The notes under the pieces are model-generated. The model was not told where the DNA came from, did no database searches, and saw nothing but the letters and a program-made list of their open reading frames with translations. The position numbers were made by a program, and so were the translations under genes. From an uncultured Candidatus Rokubacteria bacterium (GTDB lineage Bacteria > Methylomirabilota > Methylomirabilia > Rokubacteriales > CSP1-6), in assembly GCA_963762145.1 (NCBI GenBank), contig CAVXJS010000009.1, positions 704,001 to 768,000 of the forward strand: DNA of 64,000 bases, given 5' to 3'. Below, piece by piece: positions 47,735 through 56,912 of this stretch. Numbering within the stretch: position 1 is the first letter of the stretch; each line of letters opens with the position of its first letter.

Positions 47735-49669
47735 CTACGCGCCCGGTCCGGGGTTGTCAACGCGGCCATGGCCCTCTCGGAGCACCCGGCGCTCGCCGAC
47801 CCGCACGGTCACGCGCTGGGCATCGAAGTACTCCATCAGCGGGATGGCGTACTTCCGGCTGACCCCGAAGAGGTCCTTGAAGTCGGCCGGCCCGATCTCC
47901 TTCTTCTCCCGCAGGAAGCCGACGAGCTGCGCCTGGACGGTGCGGAGCGCCTCGGCGTGGAAGAAGAGCGACTCCTTCACCCGCAGCAGGGTCCGATCTG
48001 CGACCAGGACCTGGAAGAGCTCGTGCTTCTCCGTGCCCTTGACGCCCAGCCGGCCCAGGGCCTCCTCGGGACTCGGGGGCGCGGCGCCCGCGGCGCGGAA
48101 GTCGGCCTCGAGTCCCTTGACCACCCGCTCCTGGTCCGGAGTGAGCCGGATGGCGTGGGAGCCGAGCCGGACCTGGTCGCGCTCGCTCTTGACGACTCCT
48201 TCCGCCTCGAGCGCGGTCAGGAGCTGGGTGAAGACCCGCTCCTGCGCATTGCCGACCCGGCTGCGCAGCTCCTCCCGGGAGATCCCGCCCCGCAAGGGGT
48301 TCTCGGTGTGGAAGGCCTCGAGGAGACCCAGCGTCTGGGCGCGCAGCCGATCGCTCGCGTCGCGGTGCAGGTACCACTCACGATCGACCGCGAGGACGCG
48401 GCCGTCCTGCTGGAGTCGCTCGAGCAGCTCCCGGAGCTGGTCGGGACCGAAGGGCGTCCGGGCACGAAGATCCGCCACCCGCGCGCCCGCCGCCCCGGCC
48501 TGCTTCAGGTGCTCCTCCAGGATCTCCGGAGGCCCGCCGGTGGCGAGCAGTGCCAGGTGCGCGGCGAGCGCGGGCCCCTTGCGCTTGAAGCGCGGCGGCG
48601 CGATGTCGAGCACGGTACCGCCCCCGATGGTCACGATGGGCGAGTACGACCGCACGACGAAGCGGTCCCCCGGCAGGGCCACCACCGGTGCCTCAAGCCG
48701 GAAGCGGGCATGACAGGATCCGCCGGGGGCGAGCTCGGGCCGATCCACCGGCAGGACGCGCGCCATCACTTCCTGGGTGCCGACGTGGAAGCGCACGCGG
48801 TCGCGCGTCTTGACCGGCCGCGGCGCGTCCTCGAGAAGCTCGAGCGTGCCGTCGAGCAGGAGCGTCGGCACGAGGGCGCCGGCGGGCGCGAGGACGTCGC
48901 CGCGCTCGATCGCCGCCCGCTCCACGCCCTGGAGATTCACCGCGGTGCGCTGGCCGGCGGTCGCACGCGGGACGGTGTGGCCGTGCACCTGCAGGCCCCG
49001 CACCTTGGATTGAACGCCTCGCGGATACACCTCGACCTTGTCGTCGAGCGCGAAGCGGCCCGCGACCAGCGTGCCCGTCACCACGGTGCCGAACCCCTTC
49101 ACGGTGAACACGCGGTCGATCGGCAGGCGGGCCGTGCGGTCGGGATCCTTGGCGGGCACCCCCCGGGCCAGCTCCGCGAGCGCCGCGCGCAGCTCGGGCA
49201 GTCCCGCGCCCGTCTTCACCGAGGCGGGGAGGATCGGGCAGCCCGCGAGGAAGGTGGGGGCGAGGGCGCGCCGCACGTCGTCGCGGACCAGCTCGATCCA
49301 CTCGGGTTCGGCCAGATCCGCCTTGCTCAGCACCACGAGCCCCGACCTGATGCGCAGGAGCTGACAGATCGCCAGGTGCTCGCGGGTCTGCGGCATCACG
49401 CCCTCGTCGGCGGCGACCACCAGAAGGGCCAGGTCGATGCCGCCCGCGCCGGCCAGCATGTTCCGCACGAAGCGCTCGTGGCCCGGCACGTCCACGATCT
49501 CGATCACGAGCCCGTCCGGCTCCTCCAGGAACGCGAAGCCCAGGTCGATCGTGATACCGCGCGCCTTCTCTTCCGGCAGCCGATCGGTGTCGGTGCCGGT
49601 CAGGGCCTTCACGAGCGACGTCTTCCCGTGGTCGATATGACCGGCGGTGCCGACGACGACGTGTCTCAT
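47735..49669 (-). CDS. selB: Selenocysteine-specific elongation factor
   Basis: '[11 protein letters not shown]', 'DVPGHERF', C-terminal '[13 protein letters not shown]'. Confidence 0.96.
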   Translation of the reverse strand: MRHVVVGTAGHIDHGKTSLVKALTGTDTDRLPEEKARGITIDLGFAFLEEPDGLVIEIVDVPGHERFVRNMLAGAGGIDLALLVVAADEGVMPQTREHLAICQLLRIRSGLVVLSKADLAEPEWIELVRDDVRRALAPTFLAGCPILPASVKTGAGLPELRAALAELARGVPAKDPDRTARLPIDRVFTVKGFGTVVTGTLVAGRFALDDKVEVYPRGVQSKVRGLQVHGHTVPRATAGQRTAVNLQGVERAAIERGDVLAPAGALVPTLLLDGTLELLEDAPRPVKTRDRVRFHVGTQEVMARVLPVDRPELAPGGSCHARFRLEAPVVALPGDRFVVRSYSPIVTIGGGTVLDIAPPRFKRKGPALAAHLALLATGGPPEILEEHLKQAGAAGARVADLRARTPFGPDQLRELLERLQQDGRVLAVDREWYLHRDASDRLRAQTLGLLEAFHTENPLRGGISREELRSRVGNAQERVFTQLLTALEAEGVVKSERDQVRLGSHAIRLTPDQERVVKGLEADFRAAGAAPPSPEEALGRLGVKGTEKHELFQVLVADRTLLRVKESLFFHAEALRTVQAQLVGFLREKKEIGPADFKDLFGVSRKYAIPLMEYFDAQRVTVRVGERRVLREGHGRVDNPGPGA

Positions 49670-49746
49670 GCGTGTGTCGCGGATACGGGATCCGCCCTGC
49701 GGACTACCGGCTGGGAGCGGACAGTCGGATCCGCCCCTCTATTTAA

Positions 49747-49773
49747 TGCGGGGGCCCAGAAATGGCCCCCGCA
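49747..49773. repeat. 10-bp inverted repeat in the selA-selB spacer
   Basis: tgcgggggcc-cagaaat-ggcccccgca. Confidence 0.6.
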
Positions 49774-49844
49774 CTCCCCCAGGCCGCGGACACTTGTCTC
49801 GGCACTTCTCATCCCGCGGCTCTCGGCGCCGTTCATGCCTGGTG

Positions 49845-51254
49845 CTAGAGGGCGGCGAGGCGCGTCGCCAAGGGGCCGATGTCGGCGGCGAGGATCGTGC
49901 GGCAGTCCAGGAGCAGACGGTCGTCGAGGACGCGGCCCAGGACCGGCGGGCGGCCCGAGCGGAGCGCTTCGTCCAGGCGCTCGGCGGGACGATCGGCGGT
50001 GCCGAGGGCGATCGCCGCAGTGGGCAGCTCCACCGTGGGCAGGGCGCCGCCGCCCACCTGCGAGGTGGCCTCGACCAGCTGTGCGCCGAGGGCCCGCTGC
50101 GTCTCCGAGGAGAGGCGGGCGAGGACCCGGCGCGCGCGCCGGCGCACCGACGCCGCGGCCTCGGTCAGCATGGTCAGCGTCGGGATGGTCTCGAGGGCCG
50201 TTCCCGCCTCGTAGGCGTAGAGCGTGGCCTCGAGCGCCGCCACCGTGAACTTGTCGATGCGCAGCGCGCGATTGACCGGGTTGCGGGCGAGACGCTCGAC
50301 CAGCGCCGAGCGACCCACCAGGATGCCGGCCTGCGGGCCGCCCAGGAGCTTGTCGCCCGAGAATGAGACGAGGTCCACCCCGGAGGCGACCACCTCGGGC
50401 ACCGTCGGCTCGTAGGGGAAGCCGTAGCGCGTGAGATCCACGAAGCAGCCGGAGCCCAGATCCTCCATCACCGGGATGGAGCGGGCGTGTCCCAGCTCGG
50501 CGAGGTCGCGGGAGGACACCGCGGCGGTGAAGCCCACGACGCGGTAGTTGGACGTGTGGACCTTGAGGATCAGCCCGGTCTCGGGCCCGATCGCGTTGAC
50601 GTAGTCCTTGAGGTGCGTGCGGTTGGTGGTCCCGACCTCGCGGAGGATGGCGCCCGACCTCCGCATGATGTCGGGGATGCGGAACTCGCCGCCGATCTCG
50701 ATGAGCTCGCCACGGGAGACGATCACTTCCTTGCCCCGCGCGAGGGATTCGAGCGCGAGCAGCACCGCGGACGCGCAGTTGTTGACGACGAGCGCCGCCT
50801 CCGCGCCGGAGAGCCGGCGCAGGAGGCCATCCACGTGCGCGTACCGCGAGCCCCGCTCCTTGCGGGAGAGATCCATCTCGAGGTTCGAGTACGCGGAGGC
50901 GACCTCGCGCAGCCGCTCCCGGGCCAGCGGGGAGAGCAGCGCGCGGCCCAGGTTCGTGTGGAGGACCACCCCGGTGGCATTGATGACGGGGGCCAGCGAG
51001 AAGAGACCGTCCCGCGTGAGCGCGGCGACGACCCGGCGGCCGAGCGTGTCGGCGTCCGCGGCGGGTCCGCCCGCCTCCAGCAGCCGTCGCCGCTCGGCGG
51101 CCAGGACCTCCCGCACGCCCGCGGCCAGGCGGGGACGCGGCATCCCCTGGAGCGCGCGCTCCCCGCCGAGCGCGCCGATGAGCGCGTCCACCGAGGGCAG
51201 CCCGCGAAGCAGGGCCTGCGTGTCCGCCCGCCCGCTCTTACCCGCCCGCGGCAA
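49845..51254 (-). CDS. selA: L-seryl-tRNA(Sec) selenium transferase
   Basis: 'INATGVVLHTNLGRA', 'EIGGEFRIP', 'SGDKLLGGPQAG'; probable TTG start with GGAG RBS. Confidence 0.96.
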   Translation of the reverse strand: MPRAGKSGRADTQALLRGLPSVDALIGALGGERALQGMPRPRLAAGVREVLAAERRRLLEAGGPAADADTLGRRVVAALTRDGLFSLAPVINATGVVLHTNLGRALLSPLARERLREVASAYSNLEMDLSRKERGSRYAHVDGLLRRLSGAEAALVVNNCASAVLLALESLARGKEVIVSRGELIEIGGEFRIPDIMRRSGAILREVGTTNRTHLKDYVNAIGPETGLILKVHTSNYRVVGFTAAVSSRDLAELGHARSIPVMEDLGSGCFVDLTRYGFPYEPTVPEVVASGVDLVSFSGDKLLGGPQAGILVGRSALVERLARNPVNRALRIDKFTVAALEATLYAYEAGTALETIPTLTMLTEAAASVRRRARRVLARLSSETQRALGAQLVEATSQVGGGALPTVELPTAAIALGTADRPAERLDEALRSGRPPVLGRVLDDRLLLDCRTILAADIGPLATRLAAL

Positions 51255-51525
51255 GCTCGGTCTCCACGCGCTCCTTGACCCGCGCGATGACCTCGTGGGC
51301 CTCGCGCCGGATGGCCTCGACGCTGGCGCCCTCCCCGCGCACGCGCAGGAGGCGGCGCACCGCGTCCTCGGTGAGGCCGGCCCACAGCTCGTCCAGGTCG
51401 CGCGGCGAGAATCCCTGGCCGCGGAGCGCGGCGCTCCACTCGCGCGCCAGCTCCTGCACGAGGCGGTCGCGCTCGAGCGCCAGACGGCGGGCACGCTTGA
51501 TCAATTCGGGAAGGCGCGGGGCCAT
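51238..51525 (-). CDS. Hypothetical helical protein (95 aa)
   Basis: GC3-biased ORF with AAGGAG RBS, overlaps the selA start. Confidence 0.6.
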   Translation of the reverse strand: MAPRLPELIKRARRLALERDRLVQELAREWSAALRGQGFSPRDLDELWAGLTEDAVRRLLRVRGEGASVEAIRREAHEVIARVKERVETELAAGG

Positions 51526-51532
51526 GGCCGAC

Positions 51533-52036
51533 CTACTCCTTCACGAGCCGGCGGACCGAATCGAGCAGGTTCGCCTCCCACCGTCCGGTGGAGACGCACT
51601 GGAACACGCGATCGGTCTTGAGCCGGCCGGAGCTTCCACGCCGGTAGGCGTGGGTGTTGATCTTGGTGTTGACCTGGATCAGGGTAGACCCGTTCTGCCC
51701 CGGCTGCACGAAGAGCGTGAACGAGCCCATCGCCTCGCCCTCGAGCTGCACCTCGCCCATCCGGCCGCAGTCGGCGTAGACCCCGATCGGGGAGATGAAA
51801 TCGTCGGTCGAGATCACCCCCGAGTCCTTGGCCACCACCCGGAGGGGCACGTTCTCTCCGGCGAGCGCCCGCACGAGCGCGTGCCACGTCGTGTCGTAGC
51901 CCGCGGCCGCCGCGTCACGGTAGGGAGGCGGTGCGATGGCCGAGACGACGGGCCCCGCGCATCCGGCCAGCGCCATCATCGAGACGGCCGTGCAGAACGC
52001 CGCGAGGCCACGGCGAGAGGGCCGCGTCATGCGCAT
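51533..52036 (-). CDS. Hypothetical lipoprotein
   Basis: lipobox 'LAGC'; two further Cys (possible disulfide). Confidence 0.65.
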   Translation of the reverse strand: MRMTRPSRRGLAAFCTAVSMMALAGCAGPVVSAIAPPPYRDAAAAGYDTTWHALVRALAGENVPLRVVAKDSGVISTDDFISPIGVYADCGRMGEVQLEGEAMGSFTLFVQPGQNGSTLIQVNTKINTHAYRRGSSGRLKTDRVFQCVSTGRWEANLLDSVRRLVKE

Positions 52037-52040
52037 CATT

Positions 52041-52592
52041 CTACCCTTTGTGATGGTCGATCCCGCGATACGTGCGGATGAACCGTACGATGCGGGCCTC
52101 GTCGAAGGCGTCGAAGGCGTCGAGCCGTGTCCACGCGGTGAGCGCGATGCGCGTGCGCATCCCCGGATAAGGCGCCAGGATGACCTGCGTCTCGTACCGT
52201 CGCACGATCTCGGTCAGCTTGGCTACCAGGTCCGGGCACGGCGCGGCGCAGTGATACTGCACCATCACGCCGCCATCCTCCAGGTTGTGGACCTGCAGCT
52301 CTCGCACGATCGGCTCGGTGTGGATGCCCCACGGCGCGATGTACGGCAGGTGTGGCCCGGAGGTGGGCGGATCCGAGTTGTACGGCACGTGCGGCTCCGT
52401 CGCGAGCTGGATGTGCGCGTTGCCCTGGTCCGCCAGCTTGACGCCGGGCAGGTCGGCCGCCGCGCGATACGCCCAGTAGCCGACGAGGGCCGCCACCACG
52501 ACTGCGACGGTCACGCCGGTCGCGAGCAGACGCCAGCGACCTTGGCGCGTCGGTCGAATCGTCTCCGCCCGTCCTGCCTTCTTCCTGTCCAA
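52041..52592 (-). CDS. DUF3105 domain protein
   Basis: 'YNSDPPTSGPH', 'VHNLEDG', 'ALTAW'. Confidence 0.82.
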   Translation of the reverse strand: MDRKKAGRAETIRPTRQGRWRLLATGVTVAVVVAALVGYWAYRAAADLPGVKLADQGNAHIQLATEPHVPYNSDPPTSGPHLPYIAPWGIHTEPIVRELQVHNLEDGGVMVQYHCAAPCPDLVAKLTEIVRRYETQVILAPYPGMRTRIALTAWTRLDAFDAFDEARIVRFIRTYRGIDHHKG

Positions 52593-52628
52593 TCAGCGAC
52601 TCCTTCGAGCCCGGACGACGAAGCGGGA

Positions 52629-52726
52629 TGGCGGAAGCGTGTGGGAGTCGAACCCACCTCCGACTTGTCTAGAGCCGGACGCCGGATTTGAAGTCCGGGA
52701 GGCCCACCGGGATCCTAGACGCCTCC
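52629..52726 (-). tRNA. selC: tRNA-Sec (UCA)
   Basis: 8-bp acceptor GGAGGCGU/ACGCUUCC plus GCCA, anticodon loop CUUCAAA, long variable arm, GUUCGA T-loop; 98 nt. Confidence 0.95.
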
Positions 52727-52828
52727 GAGCCAACTTCGCCTGAAATCAGGGCGTTTCAGTGTACCACCGAGCGGCGATCCGGGAGGCGGGCCGGGGGGTC
52801 GGCGGGGGGCCCGTGCTACCCTCGGCTG

Positions 52829-54070
52829 GTGAGCCGGATCTGGCGCTGCCTGGCACTGGCCGGCCTCGTCCTGGCGCTCTTGCCCGGCGGCCGAGCGGCC
52901 CAGGGCAACGGCGCGGGGCCGCGGCCGATCTCTCCCGCCGAGGAGCAGTTCCTGGAGCGCCACTGGCGTATGCCGATCCCGCCCCAGGGCCCCGCCCCGG
53001 CTTCGTTTGCTCCGCTGGAACGCTCGCTCGCTCCGCGGGACTGTGGGGCCTGCCACCCGGTCCAGTACGAGGACTGGCGGGAGAGCATCCACGCCCGCAG
53101 CATGGGACCCGGCGTCGCGGGGCAGCTCGTGGAGCTCGCGCGACGCGATCCGGCGGGCGCCCGCGCCTGCCTCGTCTGTCACGCCCCGCTCACGGAGCAG
53201 TCCCCGGTCACCCGGGGCGCGGCCGGGCTCGAGGCGAACCCGGCCTTCGATCCGGCACTGCAGCAAGAAGGCATCGTGTGCGCCACGTGCCACGTGCGCG
53301 GGCATCAGCGCTTCGGGCCACCGCCCCGGGCCGACGCCCAGGGTCTTCGCGTCCCGCGCGCGCAGCTTCCCCACAACGGGGCCACCTACACGGGCGCATA
53401 CGAGCGCGCCGAGTTCTGCGCCGCCTGTCATCAGTTCGGGCCGCGCGGCCCCACCCTCAACGGCAAGCCGCTCGAGAACACCTACGAGGAGTGGCGGACC
53501 AGCCCGGCCGCGCGCCGCGGGCTCGCTTGCCAGCACTGCCACATGCCGGACCGGCGGCATCGGTGGCGCGGGATCCACGATCCGGAGATGGTGAAGTCGG
53601 GAGTGCGGGTGACGCTGGCGCTCGACCGCGCCCGCTACCGGCCCGGCCAGCGGGTTCGGGCGACCGTGACCGTCGCGAGCGTGAACGTGGGGCACTACTT
53701 CCCGACCTACGTGACCCCGAAGGTACTCGTTCGCGCCGTGCTCCTCGGAGCCGACGGCCAGCCGATCGCGTCGACCGCCGAGGAGGGGGTCATCGGACGG
53801 CAGGTCCCCCTCGACCTCTCGCGCGAGATCGCGGACACGCGCATTCCGCCCGGAGGGCGATTCGTGCTGCGCTACGATCGCGGGCTCGAGGGGCCGGGGC
53901 TTGCGCTCCGGGTCACGGTCACCGTGTACCCGGATCACTTCTACACCGGCTTCTTCGCGGCCCTCCTCGAGACGGGACCGGGCGCGGGGGAGGCGGAGAT
54001 CCGCCTGGCCCTGGAGGCGACGCGCCGGTCGCCCTTCGAGATCTTCGCGCGCGAGGTGCCGCTGACCTGA
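52829..54070 (+). CDS. Periplasmic multiheme cytochrome c (5 CxxCH)
   Basis: signal peptide; CGACH, CLVCH, CATCH, CAACH, CQHCH. Confidence 0.88.
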   Translation: MSRIWRCLALAGLVLALLPGGRAAQGNGAGPRPISPAEEQFLERHWRMPIPPQGPAPASFAPLERSLAPRDCGACHPVQYEDWRESIHARSMGPGVAGQLVELARRDPAGARACLVCHAPLTEQSPVTRGAAGLEANPAFDPALQQEGIVCATCHVRGHQRFGPPPRADAQGLRVPRAQLPHNGATYTGAYERAEFCAACHQFGPRGPTLNGKPLENTYEEWRTSPAARRGLACQHCHMPDRRHRWRGIHDPEMVKSGVRVTLALDRARYRPGQRVRATVTVASVNVGHYFPTYVTPKVLVRAVLLGADGQPIASTAEEGVIGRQVPLDLSREIADTRIPPGGRFVLRYDRGLEGPGLALRVTVTVYPDHFYTGFFAALLETGPGAGEAEIRLALEATRRSPFEIFAREVPLT

Positions 54071-54909
54071 CGGTCAGGTGACACCCGCCGGGTGGGGGCG
54101 GCCTGCCCGCCCGGCGCGGGCGACGGGTCCGCCGGCGCGATGTCGCCCATGTCCGGCTCGAGCTGCAGCGTGTCCGCGATCTTGGTATAGCTCGAGAACA
54201 TCTGCGCCACCCCGAAGACCTCCACCACCCCGCGTGGGCTCACGCCGAGCCGGCGCATCTCGGCCAGGTGGAAACCGGTGCCGAACGGAGAGCGCGAGGT
54301 CAGGGACACCGCGAAGGCCAGGGTCTCCTTCAGGCGCCGCGAGAGGTGGTGGTCGGCGAAGGCACGCTGGACCGCCCCCCACACCTCCGCCGCATAGGCC
54401 GGATCGTGGGCCATCAGGCGGAACGGTAGCGGCACGTCCGTGGCCTGGTAGAAGGACCGGACGTCGTCGAACAGCGCGCGTACCTCGTCGGTGGCCGCGG
54501 CCGGATCGACCGCGGGCAGGCTGGGCGTGCTCATCCCGAGGGCATCGGCCGCCACGTTGAGCGCGTTGGTGACGCCCACCACGTGCGCCGCCTCGTACCA
54601 CAGCGCGTCGTCCTTCATCCCCTGCAGCTTCCCGGCTGCAGTATGAGCGCGTACTCAGTAATTGCAGGCGTTGACGCCGCTCACCACCGCGGCGACCATC
54701 TCCTTCTCGGCCCGCGAGAACTCGCCCGGGCTCATCGCCCGCTTCATGGCGCGCCCGTGGGGGCCGCCGAACTCGGCGTCCCACGCCATCACCCGGCTCA
54801 TGGCGGGGGGCTGGGGAAAGTCGTAGGCGAACCAGAGCTTGGACAACTCGAACAGCCGCTGGGCGGCCTCCGGGTACTCGGATGCGTCGCGCAATCGGAC
54901 GGTGGGCAT
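53941..54909 (-). CDS. AhpD/CMD-family putative selenoprotein (Sec at codon 85)
   Basis: in-frame TGA at 54655-54657 in 'VNACNY*VRAH' joins two track ORFs; downstream hairpin; 3' end uncertain. Confidence 0.82.
54622..54641 (-). promoter_or_regulatory. Bacterial SECIS-like hairpin
   Basis: CUGCAGC-CGGGAA-GCUGCAG beginning 13 nt after the UGA. Confidence 0.72.
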
Positions 54910-54929
54910 CGCGTGCCTCCTGCCGGAGG

Positions 54930-55172
54930 TCAGCGACCGCCGGCCAGCGGGGGGAACACCGACAGCACGTCACCTTCGGCCAGCCGCTGGTCCGGGGTGG
55001 CGTCGAGGCCGTTGACGACGGTCAGACGCTCCATCGAGGGTGGAATCCTGAGGGAGTGTACCACCTGATCCACGGTGGTGCCGTCGGGGAGGTCGAGAAC
55101 CACACTGTCCCCTCGCGTGCCCGGCGGCAGGTAGGCTCGCAGGGTCGCCGTGAGGTGAACCGCCACCCTCAC
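54930..55172 (-). CDS. MoaD/ThiS-family ubiquitin-like carrier
   Basis: beta-grasp pattern 'VVNG...LAEGDVLSVFPPLAGGR'. Confidence 0.85.
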   Translation of the reverse strand: MRVAVHLTATLRAYLPPGTRGDSVVLDLPDGTTVDQVVHSLRIPPSMERLTVVNGLDATPDQRLAEGDVLSVFPPLAGGR

Positions 55173-55175
55173 GGT

Positions 55176-56489
55176 CTAGCGGAAGCCGCCCTGTCCCGAA
55201 TCCGCTTGGCGCGCGCCGGAGGCGACGCGGAGCCGGTCGCCCGGAAAGATGCGCGCGCCGCGCTCGAGGTCGTTCCAGCTCGAGAGCTGCTGGACGGAGA
55301 CCCCGTACCGCTTGGCGATGCCGCCGATCGTGTCGTGCGGCTGCACCACGTGGACCCCCGCCGCGACGCGCTCGGCAACCTGGACTTTCCGCTTGCCGCG
55401 ATCGCCGGTCCGGGACGTCAGCGCCACCTTGCGCACCTCCGCCTCGCGATCGAGGCCGGCCTGGAGCGCGGCCGCGCTGCCCCGCGGGACCTTCAGGTGA
55501 TACGGCGAGTCGGGCGGCGTCTGCTTCAGGCGGAGCGCGGAGTTGAGCCGGGTCAGCTCCTCGAGAGGAATCCCGGAGAGCGCGGCCACGTGCTTGAGGC
55601 TGGTGGCGCGCGGCACCGTGATCTGCTCGTAGCTCAGCGGCTCGTCGGGCCTGACCGAGAAGCCGTACTGCTCGGGCTCCTGGCCGATGATGGTCACCGC
55701 GTGGATGGCCGGGACGAAGTTCTTCGTCTCGTCGCGCAGGAACCTGGTGTCGGCCAGCGACCAGAAGTCGCGGGTGCCCGTGCCCTGGATCGCCCGCAGG
55801 ACCTTCGTCTCGCCCGCGTTGTACGCGGCCTGCACGAGCTCCCAGGACCCGAAGGTCTTGTAGAGATCGGTCAGGTAGTTGGCGGCCGCGATCGTGGCCT
55901 TCTCCGGGTCGAGGCGCTCATCGAGCCAGTGGTCCACGCGAAGACCGTACTGCCTGGCGGTGGGAGCCATGAACTGCCAGAGCCCCTTGGCTCCCGCATG
56001 GGAGACCGCTACCGGGTCGAACCCGCTCTCGATCATCGCGGTGAACACCAGCTCCTCGGGCAGCCCCTTCTCCCGGAAGATGTCCAGCGCCATCGGCAGG
56101 AATCGGCCCGATCGGGTCAGCCAGCGCTCGACGACCGCGCGGCGGTATCCGGTCTGGAACTGCTCCAGGAAGCGGAGGACCTGGTCGTTCTGCTGGATCC
56201 GGTAGGTCGAGACGCGCTGCGGTGACATGGGCGTCGAGACGAGCGGGGTTGCCGCGGGGCGCTGGATGGGCTCGACCTTGACCGCGACCGGGGCTCCGGG
56301 AGTCGGCAAGAACGAATCGGCCCAGGGATCGAAGTCCACTTGCGGGACCGCAAGGTCGGCGACCACGGGCGGCTGCGTGTTCGCGGGAACGCCCAGCTCG
56401 ATCTCGAATCCGACCGCCCCCGACACCGCCAGATGACTGGCGGCGAAGGATGCAACCCCTAGCAGGAGAAGCCGACGTATGAGCGTCAT
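55176..56489 (-). CDS. mltD: MltD-like lytic transglycosylase with LysM domains
   Basis: 'IESGF', 'GLWQF', 'AAYNAG', 'ETKNFVP', LysM; start uncertain. Confidence 0.88.
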   Translation of the reverse strand: MTLIRRLLLLGVASFAASHLAVSGAVGFEIELGVPANTQPPVVADLAVPQVDFDPWADSFLPTPGAPVAVKVEPIQRPAATPLVSTPMSPQRVSTYRIQQNDQVLRFLEQFQTGYRRAVVERWLTRSGRFLPMALDIFREKGLPEELVFTAMIESGFDPVAVSHAGAKGLWQFMAPTARQYGLRVDHWLDERLDPEKATIAAANYLTDLYKTFGSWELVQAAYNAGETKVLRAIQGTGTRDFWSLADTRFLRDETKNFVPAIHAVTIIGQEPEQYGFSVRPDEPLSYEQITVPRATSLKHVAALSGIPLEELTRLNSALRLKQTPPDSPYHLKVPRGSAAALQAGLDREAEVRKVALTSRTGDRGKRKVQVAERVAAGVHVVQPHDTIGGIAKRYGVSVQQLSSWNDLERGARIFPGDRLRVASGARQADSGQGGFR

Positions 56490-56653
56490 CAGGTCAGTTG
56501 CAAGCATGAACTTTCTATCACGGGGGATTTTGGGGGTCAACAGCGCCCGGCTCGAATTCCTTGACTCCCGAGAGAGCGGGCACCTATCTTAACTTGCCTA
56601 GAAAATGGAGATTTTTCGATATTGACCCGATTCGAAAGGAGGTGACGCAACCC

Positions 56654-56875
56654 ATGAAGAAGGTCGTGGCGCTGGTGGTGGGTTTGGCCTTCGCGCTCGG
56701 TGTGGGCCTGACAGTGCCGGAGGCCTTCGCCCAGGCTCCCGTCCCGAAGGACGATAAGAAGAGCGAGACGATGGACAAGAAGGCGGAGAAGAAGTCGGCC
56801 AAGAAGGCTGAGAAGAAGAAAACGGCAGCCAAGAAGAACGGCAAGCAACCCGACAAGAAGGAAGACAAGAAGTAG
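56654..56875 (+). CDS. Small exported Lys-rich protein
   Basis: AAGGAGGT RBS, signal peptide ending AFA, KKAEKK repeats. Confidence 0.75.
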   Translation: MKKVVALVVGLAFALGVGLTVPEAFAQAPVPKDDKKSETMDKKAEKKSAKKAEKKKTAAKKNGKQPDKKEDKK

Positions 56876-56912
56876 CGCGCTGACGCGTGGGGCGCCACCG
56901 GGCGGTGGCGCC

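Noticed and set aside
52041-52726. Genomic island integrated at tRNA-Sec
   Set aside because: No integrase, no duplicated tRNA 3' end seen, and no compositional shift.
54655-54909. Stand-alone 84-aa protein ending at CNY
   Set aside because: The stop falls in the middle of the CxxCxxxH motif, and the frame continues with a SECIS-like hairpin, so Sec read-through is the better reading.
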